Source of the DNA: Sedimentisphaerales bacterium | Lineage (GTDB): Bacteria; Planctomycetota; Phycisphaerae; Sedimentisphaerales; Anaerobacaceae | NCBI GenBank assembly: GCA_963708075.1 | Contig: OY970194.1 | Span: 3,456,001 to 3,520,000 of the forward strand | Length of the DNA: 64,000 bases | Reading direction: 5' to 3' | Part shown: piece by piece, positions 41,350 to 51,404 of the stretch | Layout: every line of letters begins with the position of its first letter | Numbering within the stretch: the first letter of the stretch is position 1 | The notes under the pieces: model-generated | Told to the model about the DNA's origin: nothing | The model's database searches: none | The model's input: only the letters and a program-made list of their open reading frames with translations | Position numbers and translations under genes: made by a program

Positions 41350-42192
41350 TACTGTCCCGTTCCATACCAAACGTTTCTATTCGTACACGGAAAGCGACAC
41401 TGCTGTCCGCGTCCCATTCTGTCCAAGCCGTTGAACGGTCCCCGCCAGCCTGAAGAGGAACCGCTCCTGATCGGCATCCTTTGCAGAACCGGCCTCCCAA
41501 GCCGTGCCACGAATCGTCACGTGACAAACGGACCCTTCGCACTCCATGCGTACAGGTCTTGCTATGAATCAGACACTAAGCCAAACCCAGGCGGCGGTCA
41601 AGAGATGACTGCTACATTGAGGGATTAACGGGATGGGGGGCAAGTGTTTTGATTGCGGAGTGCGGATCGGTAGTCGGTAGCCAGTTGCCTTCCGATTGAT
41701 TATTGATGATTGTCGATTGATGATTATTGCGAAGCGCGTGTCCCCCTTCGTGTTCCTCGTGGTGAAGAAACCTGGATTCCTGCTCCTCGATCAGAGCCTG
41801 CCCTCGACTTGATCGAGGGTCGAGGACAAGCTTCGCGGGAATGACATGCCTGGCGCAAGAGGAATCGGTGTGCGGTGCACACCCTACAAAATCCGTGTGA
41901 ATCCGCGAAATCCGTGTCGGAGATATGCGGCGAAGGATGGTTCGGCCGTACGGGGCTGAGCATTTGGAGGCGGGGAATCGTAGGGGGAATCTTATCGAGA
42001 AAGAGCCGGAGGCTGATACAATGATGGAGATGTCCGTCGGCGGGCTTGGGCTTGGCTGTGAGACGGCAAGAGAAGGTGTGCGGTGCACACCCTACACGAA
42101 GAACAAGGGCAGGATGCCCTCGCCACGGTGCTCACCAGAGGACCGTGGTCAGCGTTATGAGGATTGGCCGGGGCGTTGGTGTGGCGTAGCTT

Positions 42193-43806
42193 ATGGAAAA
42201 ACACCTTTGGTGGCAAAAGGGCGTGATCTACCAGATCTATCCGATGTCGTTCGCGGATAGCAACGGGGATGGGCGCGGGGACCTGGCGGGGATCGCGGGC
42301 AAACTGGATTACCTCGAGTGGCTCGGCGTTAGCGCCATTTGGCTGTCCCCGGTCTTTCCATCGCCCATGGCGGACTGGGGGTACGATGTCAGCGATTACA
42401 CGGGGGTGCACCCGTGGTTCGGCACGATGACGGATTTCGACCGGCTGCTGCGGGCCTGCCACGATCGCGGCATGAAGCTGATCCTGGACTACGTGCCCAA
42501 CCATAGCTCGGACCAGCATCCGTGGTTTGTCGAATCCCGGTCGTCGCGGGACAATCCCAAGCGGGACTGGTACATCTGGCGTGACAAAAGCGAGGGGGGT
42601 GGGCCGCCGAATAACTGGCTCAGCTCCTTCGGCGGCGGGGCCTGGGAATGGGATAAATCGACCGGGCAGTACTACCTGCACAGCTTTTTGAAGGAGCAGC
42701 CGGACCTTAACTGGCGGAATCCCGAGGTCCGGCAGGCCATGCTCGATGTCCTGCGGTTCTGGCTCGATAAGGGCGTCGATGGGTTCCGCATCGATGCGCT
42801 GTGGCACGTGATGAAGGACGAGCAATTCCGGGATAACCCGCTGAACCCGCATTACGATCCCACGGAGGACCTGCCCTACCACCAGCTCATTCCCGTGTAT
42901 TCGGGCAATCAGGCGGAGGTGCACGATGTCGTGGCCATGATCCGCCAGGTGGCGGACCAGTACGACGAGCGGCTGCTGATTGGGGAGATCTATCTGCCCT
43001 TTGGGGAGCTGGTGGAATACTACGGGCCGGAGTTCGATACCGGGCTGCACCTTCCGTACAATTTTCACCTGATCCTGGCGCCGTGGAACGCGTTGCACGT
43101 GTTCGCGGGGGTCAATATGTACGAGGCGTCGCTGCCGCCGTTCGGCTGGCCGACGTGGGTGCTGGGCAACCATGATAAGCCGCGGGTGGCCAGCCGGATC
43201 GGGCCGGCTCAGGCGAAGATCGCGGCGATGCTGCTGCTGACCCTGCGCGGGACGCCCACGGTGTACTATGGCGATGAGATCGGGATGCGCGATGTGAAGG
43301 TGCCGCCGGAGCAGGCACAGGACCCGGTGGAGAAGGCGTTTCCGGGGCGGGGGTTCGGCCGTGATCCGGCACGCACGCCGATGCAGTGGAATGCCAAGCG
43401 ATATGCGGGATTCTCCACGACCCGGCCGTGGCTGCCTGTCGCCGGCGATTACGAGCAGGCGAACGTGGAGAAGCAGAAGCAGGAGGATGGCTCCATGCTC
43501 TTGTTCTACCGCCAGCTTCTGAAGTTCCGGCAGGAGGAGCCGGCGATGCAGATCGGGCGATACAGGCCGGCGGGGGAACACGCCAATATGCTCGCCTTCT
43601 TCCGGGAGCACGAGGGGACGCGGTTTCTCGTGGCCGTGAACCTTGCCGCTTCCAGCGGCGGGCTCGTGATCCCGCGACACATGAATGTGGCCGGCCAGGT
43701 GGTCCTGAGCACAAACAGCCGGCGGATCGGCGAGAAGATCGATCACCGCATCCGCCTCGGTCCCGACGAAGGCATCATCGCCAGGATGAACCCGCCCGCC
43801 GGGTAA
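42193..43806 (+). CDS. GH13 alpha-glucosidase / oligo-1,6-glucosidase
   Basis: YQIYP.SFADSNGDG.GDL, DYVPNHSS, GVDGFRID, GEIY, NHD, RDPARTPMQW. Confidence 0.95.
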   Translation: MEKHLWWQKGVIYQIYPMSFADSNGDGRGDLAGIAGKLDYLEWLGVSAIWLSPVFPSPMADWGYDVSDYTGVHPWFGTMTDFDRLLRACHDRGMKLILDYVPNHSSDQHPWFVESRSSRDNPKRDWYIWRDKSEGGGPPNNWLSSFGGGAWEWDKSTGQYYLHSFLKEQPDLNWRNPEVRQAMLDVLRFWLDKGVDGFRIDALWHVMKDEQFRDNPLNPHYDPTEDLPYHQLIPVYSGNQAEVHDVVAMIRQVADQYDERLLIGEIYLPFGELVEYYGPEFDTGLHLPYNFHLILAPWNALHVFAGVNMYEASLPPFGWPTWVLGNHDKPRVASRIGPAQAKIAAMLLLTLRGTPTVYYGDEIGMRDVKVPPEQAQDPVEKAFPGRGFGRDPARTPMQWNAKRYAGFSTTRPWLPVAGDYEQANVEKQKQEDGSMLLFYRQLLKFRQEEPAMQIGRYRPAGEHANMLAFFREHEGTRFLVAVNLAASSGGLVIPRHMNVAGQVVLSTNSRRIGEKIDHRIRLGPDEGIIARMNPPAG

Positions 43807-44069
43807 CATGCCCCTGCCCATCTTTCACCGGGTGTGGTGAATGGCGGTCCGTTAAGTGGGCCGCCATCTTGGGAATCCTCGTTTCTGACGTGAAAACGGG
43901 GATCAGCACAACAGGGGTCGCCTTAGCGGACCGCCATTCCTGGGTGTGGTCGCAATACCGTGGCAATCCATGCGGTTTCCGCAAGGCGGGAATCCCGCTC
44001 GCCGGATGCGGTCATCCACGTCCACCGAGATCCGGTCGCACCCGCCTCGTAGTACATCTGTTTTCGCAG

Positions 44070-44098
44070 TTGACTTCGCAGGGCAATTCGTCCATAAT
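44070..44098 (+). promoter_or_regulatory. Sigma70 promoter of tRNA-Leu
   Basis: TTGACT-17 nt-CATAAT, 8 nt before the tRNA. Confidence 0.65.
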
Positions 44099-44106
44099 CG
44101 CCCCAG

Positions 44107-44192
44107 GCCGAAGTGGCGGAACTGGCAGACGCGCAGGATTCAAAATCCTGTCGGGCTTACACCCGGTGAGGGTTCGATTCCCTCCTTCGGCA
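44107..44192 (+). tRNA. tRNA-Leu (anticodon CAA), CCA not encoded
   Basis: Acceptor GCCGAAG/CTTCGGC, D-arm GGCGGAACTGGCAGACGC, anticodon arm CAGGA-TTCAAAA-TCCTG, long variable arm, GGTTCGATTCC. Confidence 0.96.
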
Positions 44193-44250
44193 CTTTCCTT
44201 CTGTGGCCGCAGCGAGGGCAATCCATTGCGATGCGGCAGGAGGTCAGAGA

Positions 44251-44640
44251 ATGAGCCGGACAACCGCCTTATTATCGGTCATACTTGCGACATAAGCCGC
44301 CGTGAGGGGTCAACCGGTTTCCTTCCGCGATCCCGGTCTCAAAGCCGCCGTCGAGGCCCGGTTGCACATCACGAATCCCCAGCCGGCCGACATGCTCAAG
44401 CTGATGTACCTGGTCGCCCCGGAGGAGGGGATCTCGGACCTGACGGGCTTGGAGCACGCTGTGAATCTGGCCACGCTGAACCTCAGCACCAACTCCATCA
44501 GCGACCTATCCCCCCTGAAGGGGCTGGCCAACCTGACCCGGGCATATCTCAGCGAAAACGCCACCACCGACCCCTCCGCCCTGGCCGGATGCACGAAGCT
44601 GCAATACCTCGACCTCGGCTCTAACCAGATTGCCGACGCT
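44251..44640 (+). pseudogene. Internalin-like LRR protein fragment
   Basis: In-frame TAA in the signal peptide; F.D..L..AV cap and ISDLTGLE..NL..L.L..N.ISDLSPL repeats; truncated where IS630 sequence begins. Confidence 0.75.
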
Positions 44641-45613
44641 GCCACGTGCGTAGCGTAGAGAACGTACGGCGACGGCTGGTGCTGGAGGGTTTGGCGGCTG
44701 CCCTACAACGCAAGAAGCAGGCCCAGCCCTCGCACCCGGCGAAACTCGACGGCCAGGGAGAGGCCCGGCTGATTGCCTTGGCGTGTAGCTCCCCGCCCGA
44801 AGGGCGAGAACCACTGGACCCTCAAGCTGTTGGCCGAACGTCTGGTTGCCCTGGAGGTGGTCGATTCGATCAGCGACCAGACGGTGCGACGCACGCTAAA
44901 AAAAATGAACTACGGCCGGACCTCCAGGACTGTTGGGTAATTGCGCCCGAGGCCGATGCGGAGTTCGTCGCGTGCATGGAGGATGTTTTGGATCTGTACG
45001 AACGCCCGTATGATCCGAAACACCCGGTGGTCGAGATGGATGAACAACCCGTGCAACTGGTGAAGGAAACTCGCCGGCCCCTGGCGGCGGAGCCGGGGCA
45101 CCCGCGACGGTAGGATCACGAGTATGAGCGGGCGGGCACGGCCTGTGTGTTTCTGTGGACCGAAGCTCTGCAGGGCTGGCGGCAGGTCAGCGTTCGTGTC
45201 CGGCGTACGGCGGTGGACTGGGCGCAGGAAGTGGCCGCATTGCTGGAGGGCCGCTATGCCCAAGCCGAGAAAGTGATCCTGATTTGTGACAATCTCAACA
45301 CCCATATGATCGCTTCGTTGTACAAGGCCTTCCCTCCCGAAAAGGCACGTCGCTTGGCCCAGCGACTGGAAATCCACTACACGCCCAAGCATGGCAGTTG
45401 GCTCAACATCGCCGAATGCGAATTGAGCGTCCTGACACGCCAATGCCTTCGGACCCGTACCCCGAGCCTTACGGCTCTGGTCCGCAAGGTGACTCCGTGG
45501 GCTCGGGACCGCAACGCTCGTCAACGTGGGGTAGACTGGCAATTCACGACAAACGACGCCCGTATCAAGCTCAGACGCCTTTACCCACAGGTGCAAATGT
45601 CATGAACCACTAG
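44627..45613 (+). pseudogene. 5'-truncated IS630-family transposase
   Basis: KLDG..EARLIALACS.PP, A8 slip site (44898-44905), MDEQP, CDNLNTH, HYTPKHGSWLN.AE, WQFT..DARIKL; extra base at 44806-44812 and in-frame TAG at 45111. Confidence 0.88.
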
Positions 45614-46048
45614 TGTCGATCGCCCCCGTGGGGCGGACGGGCCGACGCAAGAGGACTGGAGCGAAGTCCAAGCCCGCAGGGCGATAGAGAATAGCCCAGC
45701 GATTTATCGCTGGGGAACCGGGGCCGAGGACAAAAGCCAGTCCCCTAAGGGACGAAAGAGGCGCTGTCCGCACACGGCGGCTACACGCCACCACCGAATT
45801 CCGACCACACCCCGCGCTGGCACAGGCCTCTATTGGGTCTGGGTGATAGGCTTGTTGTCCGATTGCCACCCAAGGAAGTGGCTTCTTTTGTGCTTGACAG
45901 GGGTTTCTGATGAGCACGATTTGACTGAAATGAAGGTGTGTGGTGACATTCTGGTGACATGAGCCCGACGAGATTTCATCGAATATCCCTGCCGTTGTGG
46001 GGACCGAGTCATGCGTTTGTAGGGCGCGATTTCGAGCTTCCCAGGAAG

Positions 46049-48583
46049 TCACGGCACTACAGTCTCGGTTACCCCGCTCTCGGCAGCGGAGTCGGGTGTG
46101 CGAGGTGAGGCTGTAACCGGCAGAGACCAGATATCCTCGCGGCCGTACCCGCCGGTGCGGGGCTCGGTCCATGTGTGGTCGCAGAAGTACAGTTCAGCAC
46201 CGTCTGAGGACAGGCTCGTGATGAAGGGCATCTTGGAGCCCGTGAGTACGGGGCCGAGATCAATGGGTTGTGACCAGGGGTTCGTCCTCGACTCTCGAAC
46301 CGCCACATACAACGATTCACCGACATCGGGCCGCTGAAGGAATAGAAGCAGTTCGTCAGCCGAGAGACATCTACGACCCTCCAACGCCGGGCTATTGACG
46401 GGCGGGGGCAGTGGCTCGGGGCAACCCGTCCATTCCCCGTGGGGCACGGGTCTGTCAACAAACCAGATATCCATCTCTCCCGGACCGCCCGGGCGCGTGG
46501 AAATCCAGTACAGGGTCAGTCCGTCAAACGATACCAAGGGAGCCCAATCATGGCCCGTTTCCGGATTGATGGGCACGGGAAGCTTGATCGGCGTCTGCCA
46601 TGAGTCACGCACCGAACTGCGCGTGGCCACATAGATATCGCCATGGTCGGTCGTGCCGCGGGAGAAGTAGAGTTCCAAGCCATCCGCCGAGATGCTGGGG
46701 AAACCTTCGAACTCGGGCGAGCACACCGGTGGACCGAGATTGGCAGGCTCGTACCACGAGCTGCTCGGGGAGTCTCTGGCCGCTATCCAGAGGTCGTGGC
46801 CGCCCTGTCCGCCGGGCCGGTCCGAGGCGAAATACAGGACCAGACCATCCGCGGAGATCGAGGGCGTCACATCGCTGTGAGGGCCGTTGACCATGGGGCC
46901 GGCGTTCACAGGCTTGCCGAAGAGCTCCTGAGGGTTCAGCCTCAGACTATGGCGCAGCAGATCGAGTTTCTCCTGGTTCGCCAGCGACAATCGCCTGCGT
47001 AGAAAGTAGTAGCGGGCCACGGAGGGGACAAGTCTTTCGGCCTCCTGACGATGTGCCTCAGCCTTCTGCCGGTACTGCTGCACCTGGGCTGAGTCGGTCC
47101 CCCTGATCTCGCCATAGGTCTTGGCCAGCAGGAAATGGGCGTGTCCAGCGATTTCATCAGCAGGGCCCACCAATTCTTCCAGTTGCGCAATGGCGGGTCT
47201 CAAATCCTGCAACTCCATCAGACATCGGGCGTGGAGCAATCTTGCCGCACGGCCAACATGATGGCTATCCAGAACCGGCTCCAGCTTCGCTTGTGCCAAG
47301 TTGAACTGGCGGTTGTCGAAAAGCCCGCGGGCCTCAGAGAACACCCGATTGTGATCAAGTGACTCGGCGCGCCGTTGAGCTTCTTTGGCCCATTGATACA
47401 TGCCCGCCCCGATCAGGATGCCTGCAAGAGTGACCACGACGGCGACAATCACAAGGGCTGCGAGACGGTGCCGGCGCAGGAGTTTGCCCGCCTGATACAG
47501 GATCGCCGGCGGCGCCGCGCTGACCGGCAGGTGGGCCAGATACCTGCGAATGTCCTCGGCGAAGGCGTCGACGGTCGGGTAGCGCCGGGCCCTGTCCTTC
47601 TCGATCGCCTTGAGCGTGATCCAGTCCAGATCGCCTGTGAGCTCTCGTCTGAGGCCCCGCAGGTCGGTTCGCCGGCACTGGGCCGTGAGCGATGACTCCT
47701 CGGCTGCACTATCTTCCAGCCTGGCACTGGGCGGCCTGGCATCCTCTTCGGTAAGAACCTTGCGGAGGGTTTCGATCCCGCCACCACGAAGCAACTGGGT
47801 CTCGTGGGGCAAAGAGCCGACGAGGAGTCGGTACAGAACCACTCCGAGCGAATACACGTCGCTGCGGATGTCGATGTCCTGACTTCCGAAGTTCGCCTGC
47901 TCCGGACTGATGTACTCCGGCGTGCCGACAATCTGCCCGGGCTCGCTGGTGAGCGTCTGTTCCATGAGCGATCGGGTCAAGGCACGCGCCACCCCGAAAT
48001 CAATCACCTTCGGCACAGTCTCATTGCCCTGTGCGACGGCAAGAAGATTGGAGGGTTTCAAATCGCGATGGATAATCCCTCTCTGATGGGCGTGCTGCAC
48101 AGCCTCGCATACGCGTAGAAACAACGTCAAACGTTCTTCGATGGTGAGCCTGTGCTCGTCGCAGTACTCCGTGATGGGAACTCCCGCAACATACTCCATG
48201 ACGAAGTACGGTCGGCCCGACGCGGTCAGGCCCCCATCGTAGACGCGGGCCACATGCGGATGATCCATCATCGCCAGGGCTTGCTGCTCGGCCTCGAAGC
48301 GGGCGATGACCCGCCGGGAATCCATACCCGGCTTGATCACTTTCAGGGCCACCCGTCGTTGGACCGGTTCATGCTGCTGAGCCAGGTAGACCACGCCCAT
48401 GCCGCCTTCACCGAGCACGCTGAGGATTTCATAGCGGCCGATTCTGGCCCCCGGCTTCTCCAGAAGAATATCGAGAGGATCGATACCCCCCGAACCTTCC
48501 TGGGGCGCGCGGGTCTCCAATCCGACGGACAACAGCCGCCGTAAACGGTCCGGATCCGATCCGAAGGTTGACGCGCTACCCAT
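46049..48583 (-). CDS. Membrane Ser/Thr protein kinase with C-terminal PD40/TolB-like propeller
   Basis: LGEGGMG, VALK, HRDLKPSN, DFG, GTPEY; TM segment; PSISADGL.LYF.SDRPGG.G..DLW repeats. Confidence 0.92.
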   Translation of the reverse strand: MGSASTFGSDPDRLRRLLSVGLETRAPQEGSGGIDPLDILLEKPGARIGRYEILSVLGEGGMGVVYLAQQHEPVQRRVALKVIKPGMDSRRVIARFEAEQQALAMMDHPHVARVYDGGLTASGRPYFVMEYVAGVPITEYCDEHRLTIEERLTLFLRVCEAVQHAHQRGIIHRDLKPSNLLAVAQGNETVPKVIDFGVARALTRSLMEQTLTSEPGQIVGTPEYISPEQANFGSQDIDIRSDVYSLGVVLYRLLVGSLPHETQLLRGGGIETLRKVLTEEDARPPSARLEDSAAEESSLTAQCRRTDLRGLRRELTGDLDWITLKAIEKDRARRYPTVDAFAEDIRRYLAHLPVSAAPPAILYQAGKLLRRHRLAALVIVAVVVTLAGILIGAGMYQWAKEAQRRAESLDHNRVFSEARGLFDNRQFNLAQAKLEPVLDSHHVGRAARLLHARCLMELQDLRPAIAQLEELVGPADEIAGHAHFLLAKTYGEIRGTDSAQVQQYRQKAEAHRQEAERLVPSVARYYFLRRRLSLANQEKLDLLRHSLRLNPQELFGKPVNAGPMVNGPHSDVTPSISADGLVLYFASDRPGGQGGHDLWIAARDSPSSSWYEPANLGPPVCSPEFEGFPSISADGLELYFSRGTTDHGDIYVATRSSVRDSWQTPIKLPVPINPETGHDWAPLVSFDGLTLYWISTRPGGPGEMDIWFVDRPVPHGEWTGCPEPLPPPVNSPALEGRRCLSADELLLFLQRPDVGESLYVAVRESRTNPWSQPIDLGPVLTGSKMPFITSLSSDGAELYFCDHTWTEPRTGGYGREDIWSLPVTASPRTPDSAAESGVTETVVP

Positions 48584-48677
48584 GGCGGGACCCTTCCAGC
48601 AGAATGATCACGTCATTCCATGTGTGTACGTTGATGCTCCACATGGAAATCTCTTGTCTGATGGTATATCCAGAGAA

Positions 48678-49451
48678 TCACGATGAATGCTGCGCGCCTT
48701 CTCCCAGGAACTTCATCAACTCCTCCATTTCATCGCCGATCTGGTCATCCGTGAGCACGGTCCGACGAACGTGCTCTTTCAACGCTGCCTGAAAACGACG
48801 CTTGACCGTAACCGCCATGTTGGAGGCCTTCTTCTCGTCCTCAATCCCGTACCGTCCCTGCAATTCCGTCAGAGAGGCCGGGCGTGTGTTGCCCAAGATC
48901 GGCTCCACAACTCTCTCCTGGAAGACCTTCCAGTGAGTTTCCAATCCATCCCGCAGGCAGGAGGCTTCCACCTCCCGAAGGACTTCGTCCAGCAGACTGG
49001 CCAGCCAGGCATAGGTGTACGATTCCTCCGGATCAAGCGGGCCCGCGCTCTCGGGAATGGCGGCCGGATCGATCGTGTCGATCGGGACAAGCCCGCCCGG
49101 AGGAATCCGCTTCTGCGCCGACTGTCTTTCGTTCTCGTTGATCACGTACTGATTCAGCGCGTGCAGGAGAAAGGAGCGAAACTTGCCTTTGGCCTGGTCG
49201 GCTCGCTGCACGAGATTCTTGTTCAGTACGATCTCGTGAAAGAAACCTTGTGTCAGGTCCTTGGCCTGCTCATTGTGGTAGCCCTTGCGACGGAGGTAAC
49301 AGTACACCGGCTTCCAGTACTTCTCCAGCAGTGTTCCGATCAACGCACGATCCCGATCCTCCCTCTGGCGGATGCCCTGGATGAGTGACCACTGCGTCGT
49401 GAGGAACGCCTCCGTTGTGCCGCCCATGTCTGTCCGCTCAAACGATTGCAT
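48678..49451 (-). CDS. ECF-type sigma factor (kinase-associated)
   Basis: F.TT.WSLI, YWKPVYCYLRRKG, AKDLTQGFF, KFRSFL; directly upstream of a kinase. Confidence 0.85.
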   Translation of the reverse strand: MQSFERTDMGGTTEAFLTTQWSLIQGIRQREDRDRALIGTLLEKYWKPVYCYLRRKGYHNEQAKDLTQGFFHEIVLNKNLVQRADQAKGKFRSFLLHALNQYVINENERQSAQKRIPPGGLVPIDTIDPAAIPESAGPLDPEESYTYAWLASLLDEVLREVEASCLRDGLETHWKVFQERVVEPILGNTRPASLTELQGRYGIEDEKKASNMAVTVKRRFQAALKEHVRRTVLTDDQIGDEMEELMKFLGEGAQHSS

Positions 49452-49709
49452 TGGTCTGCCTTCATAGCACCGGATGGCTCGGTGGTTCGACGACTCCTGG
49501 AGCGGATTCTAAACCTGATTCGATGTATCTGCAAGCCATTCTCAGGAGTTACGAAGATGCCGTTTTCGGTCGAGCCATATGTTGCCTCCAAGATTCCTGG
49601 CGGGATTTTGCCGGAATGTGCGCAGCAAAGCGAATTTCTTCTGGATTAACAAGCGGAAGTGTGGTGAAAGCCCGGACCGATCGAAAATGAGGAGAAAGGA
49701 GAAACAACC

Positions 49710-51401
49710 ATGAGAACACAGAAGAGGGTATTCGCGGCGTCGGGAGTGGTCCTTATCCTGGCAGGCGTGTGTGCCATGCCCCGGGCGGCGGCAGGACAGG
49801 GGATCTGGGCGAAGAAGGCCGACCTGCCGACTCCTCGCTATATGATGTCCGCCTGTACGGTCGACGAAAGAATCTATGTGGTCGGGGGATTCTCTCCTGC
49901 CGGCTCCAGCCTGGGCATCATGGAAGTATATGATCCTGTCACAGATACGTGGGAACGCAGATCGAGTATGCCGACCCCACGGCCGTGCCTGGCTGCCTGT
50001 GCGGTGAATGGCTCCATCTATGCCATTGCCGGCGGTGCGTCGCCTTTCCTGGCCACCGTTGAAGTCTACGATCCGGCTACCGACACATGGCAAGTCAAAG
50101 CAAGCAGCCCCACCGCACGAAATGGTTGTGCAGCCTGTGCCGTGGATGGGATCATCTACGTGATCGGTGGATTGGTCAGTCCCACGACCCCCACTGCGGT
50201 GGTAGAAGCCTATGATCCCGCCACGAACCAATGGATGAGCAGGTCGAGCATGCCCAAGGCAGCGGGCGTGTTGTCGGCTTGTGTCGTCGATGGAATCATC
50301 TATACATTCGGCGGCGGATGGGGTGGCGCATCGGCTCTGCCGGACGTGTTCGCCTACGACCCCGGGACCGACACGTGGTCACGACGGGCCAACATGCCCA
50401 CCGCGAGATTTGGCTTGGCGGTTGGCGTGCTGGACGGGCGGATCTACGCGATGGGAGGCATGGCGTACGGCGGCGGTCCGGGCTTGGCGACCGTGCAGGT
50501 CTACGACCCCCGAATGGATACCTGGACCCAGGAGCCGGATATGCCCACGCCACGGAAGGGCTTGGCAGGTGAGGTGGCCGGCAGCTCAATCTATCTGTTC
50601 GGCGGAATCCAGACCCCCGCCTCCGTGGAGGCCTATGAACTCATACATCTTCCTCCCGATCTCAATGCCGACGGCAAGGTGGACACCGCGGACCTCCTGC
50701 GTCTGATCGAAGCATGGGGAAAGGACGATCCGTGGGCCGACATCGCGCCGGAAGGCGGCGATGGCGTGGTGGACAAACTGGATCTGGAGTTCCTGATGGA
50801 GTACTGGGGTCAACAGGTGAACGATCCCACGCTGTTGGCGCATTGGGCCCTGGATGAAGAGAGCGGGGCAAATGCTGTCGATTCGGTTCACGGGCATCTC
50901 GCTTCGGTGCTCGGCGGTGCGCTATGGCGGCCCGACGCCGGCAAAGTCGGCGGAGCCCTCCAGGGTGATGGCATCGATGATTTTGTCCTCACAGGTTTCA
51001 CACTGAATCCCGCGGACGGCCCCTTCAGTGCCATCGTCTGGATCCAGGGGCGTGCGCCGGGCCGGGTCATCCTCTCGCAGAAGGGCGGGGCCAACTGGCT
51101 CCTGGTGGCTCCGGACGGGAAATTGATGACCGAGTTGAAGGGACCGGGTCGCAACGGCAAGTCACTGACATCTCCTGCTGTCGTCACCGACGATGCCTGG
51201 CACCGCGTGGCTTTCGTTTGGGATGGCTCAAACCGGATCCTGTATGTTGATGGCGTAGAGGTGGCGAGAGATACACAGGCGAATCTCGCGGCGTCTGCCG
51301 GCGGTCTGTACCTCGGCGTCGGCAGCACGCTCGCCCCCGGTTCCTATTGGTCCGGCCTGATCGACGATGTGAGGATCTACGATCGGGCCGTGGCTCCATA
51401 G
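49710..51401 (+). CDS. Secreted Kelch-repeat / dockerin-like / LamG protein
   Basis: Signal peptide; six Kelch repeats (IY..GG...VE.YDP.TDTW...MPT.R); DLNADGKVD..DL; AHWALDE...IDDVRIYDRA. Confidence 0.9.
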   Translation: MRTQKRVFAASGVVLILAGVCAMPRAAAGQGIWAKKADLPTPRYMMSACTVDERIYVVGGFSPAGSSLGIMEVYDPVTDTWERRSSMPTPRPCLAACAVNGSIYAIAGGASPFLATVEVYDPATDTWQVKASSPTARNGCAACAVDGIIYVIGGLVSPTTPTAVVEAYDPATNQWMSRSSMPKAAGVLSACVVDGIIYTFGGGWGGASALPDVFAYDPGTDTWSRRANMPTARFGLAVGVLDGRIYAMGGMAYGGGPGLATVQVYDPRMDTWTQEPDMPTPRKGLAGEVAGSSIYLFGGIQTPASVEAYELIHLPPDLNADGKVDTADLLRLIEAWGKDDPWADIAPEGGDGVVDKLDLEFLMEYWGQQVNDPTLLAHWALDEESGANAVDSVHGHLASVLGGALWRPDAGKVGGALQGDGIDDFVLTGFTLNPADGPFSAIVWIQGRAPGRVILSQKGGANWLLVAPDGKLMTELKGPGRNGKSLTSPAVVTDDAWHRVAFVWDGSNRILYVDGVEVARDTQANLAASAGGLYLGVGSTLAPGSYWSGLIDDVRIYDRAVAP

Positions 51402-51404
51402 ATT

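Noticed and set aside
45111..45113. Pyrrolysine or amber read-through in the IS630 transposase
   Set aside because: The element is already 5'-truncated, so a nonsense mutation is the simpler explanation.
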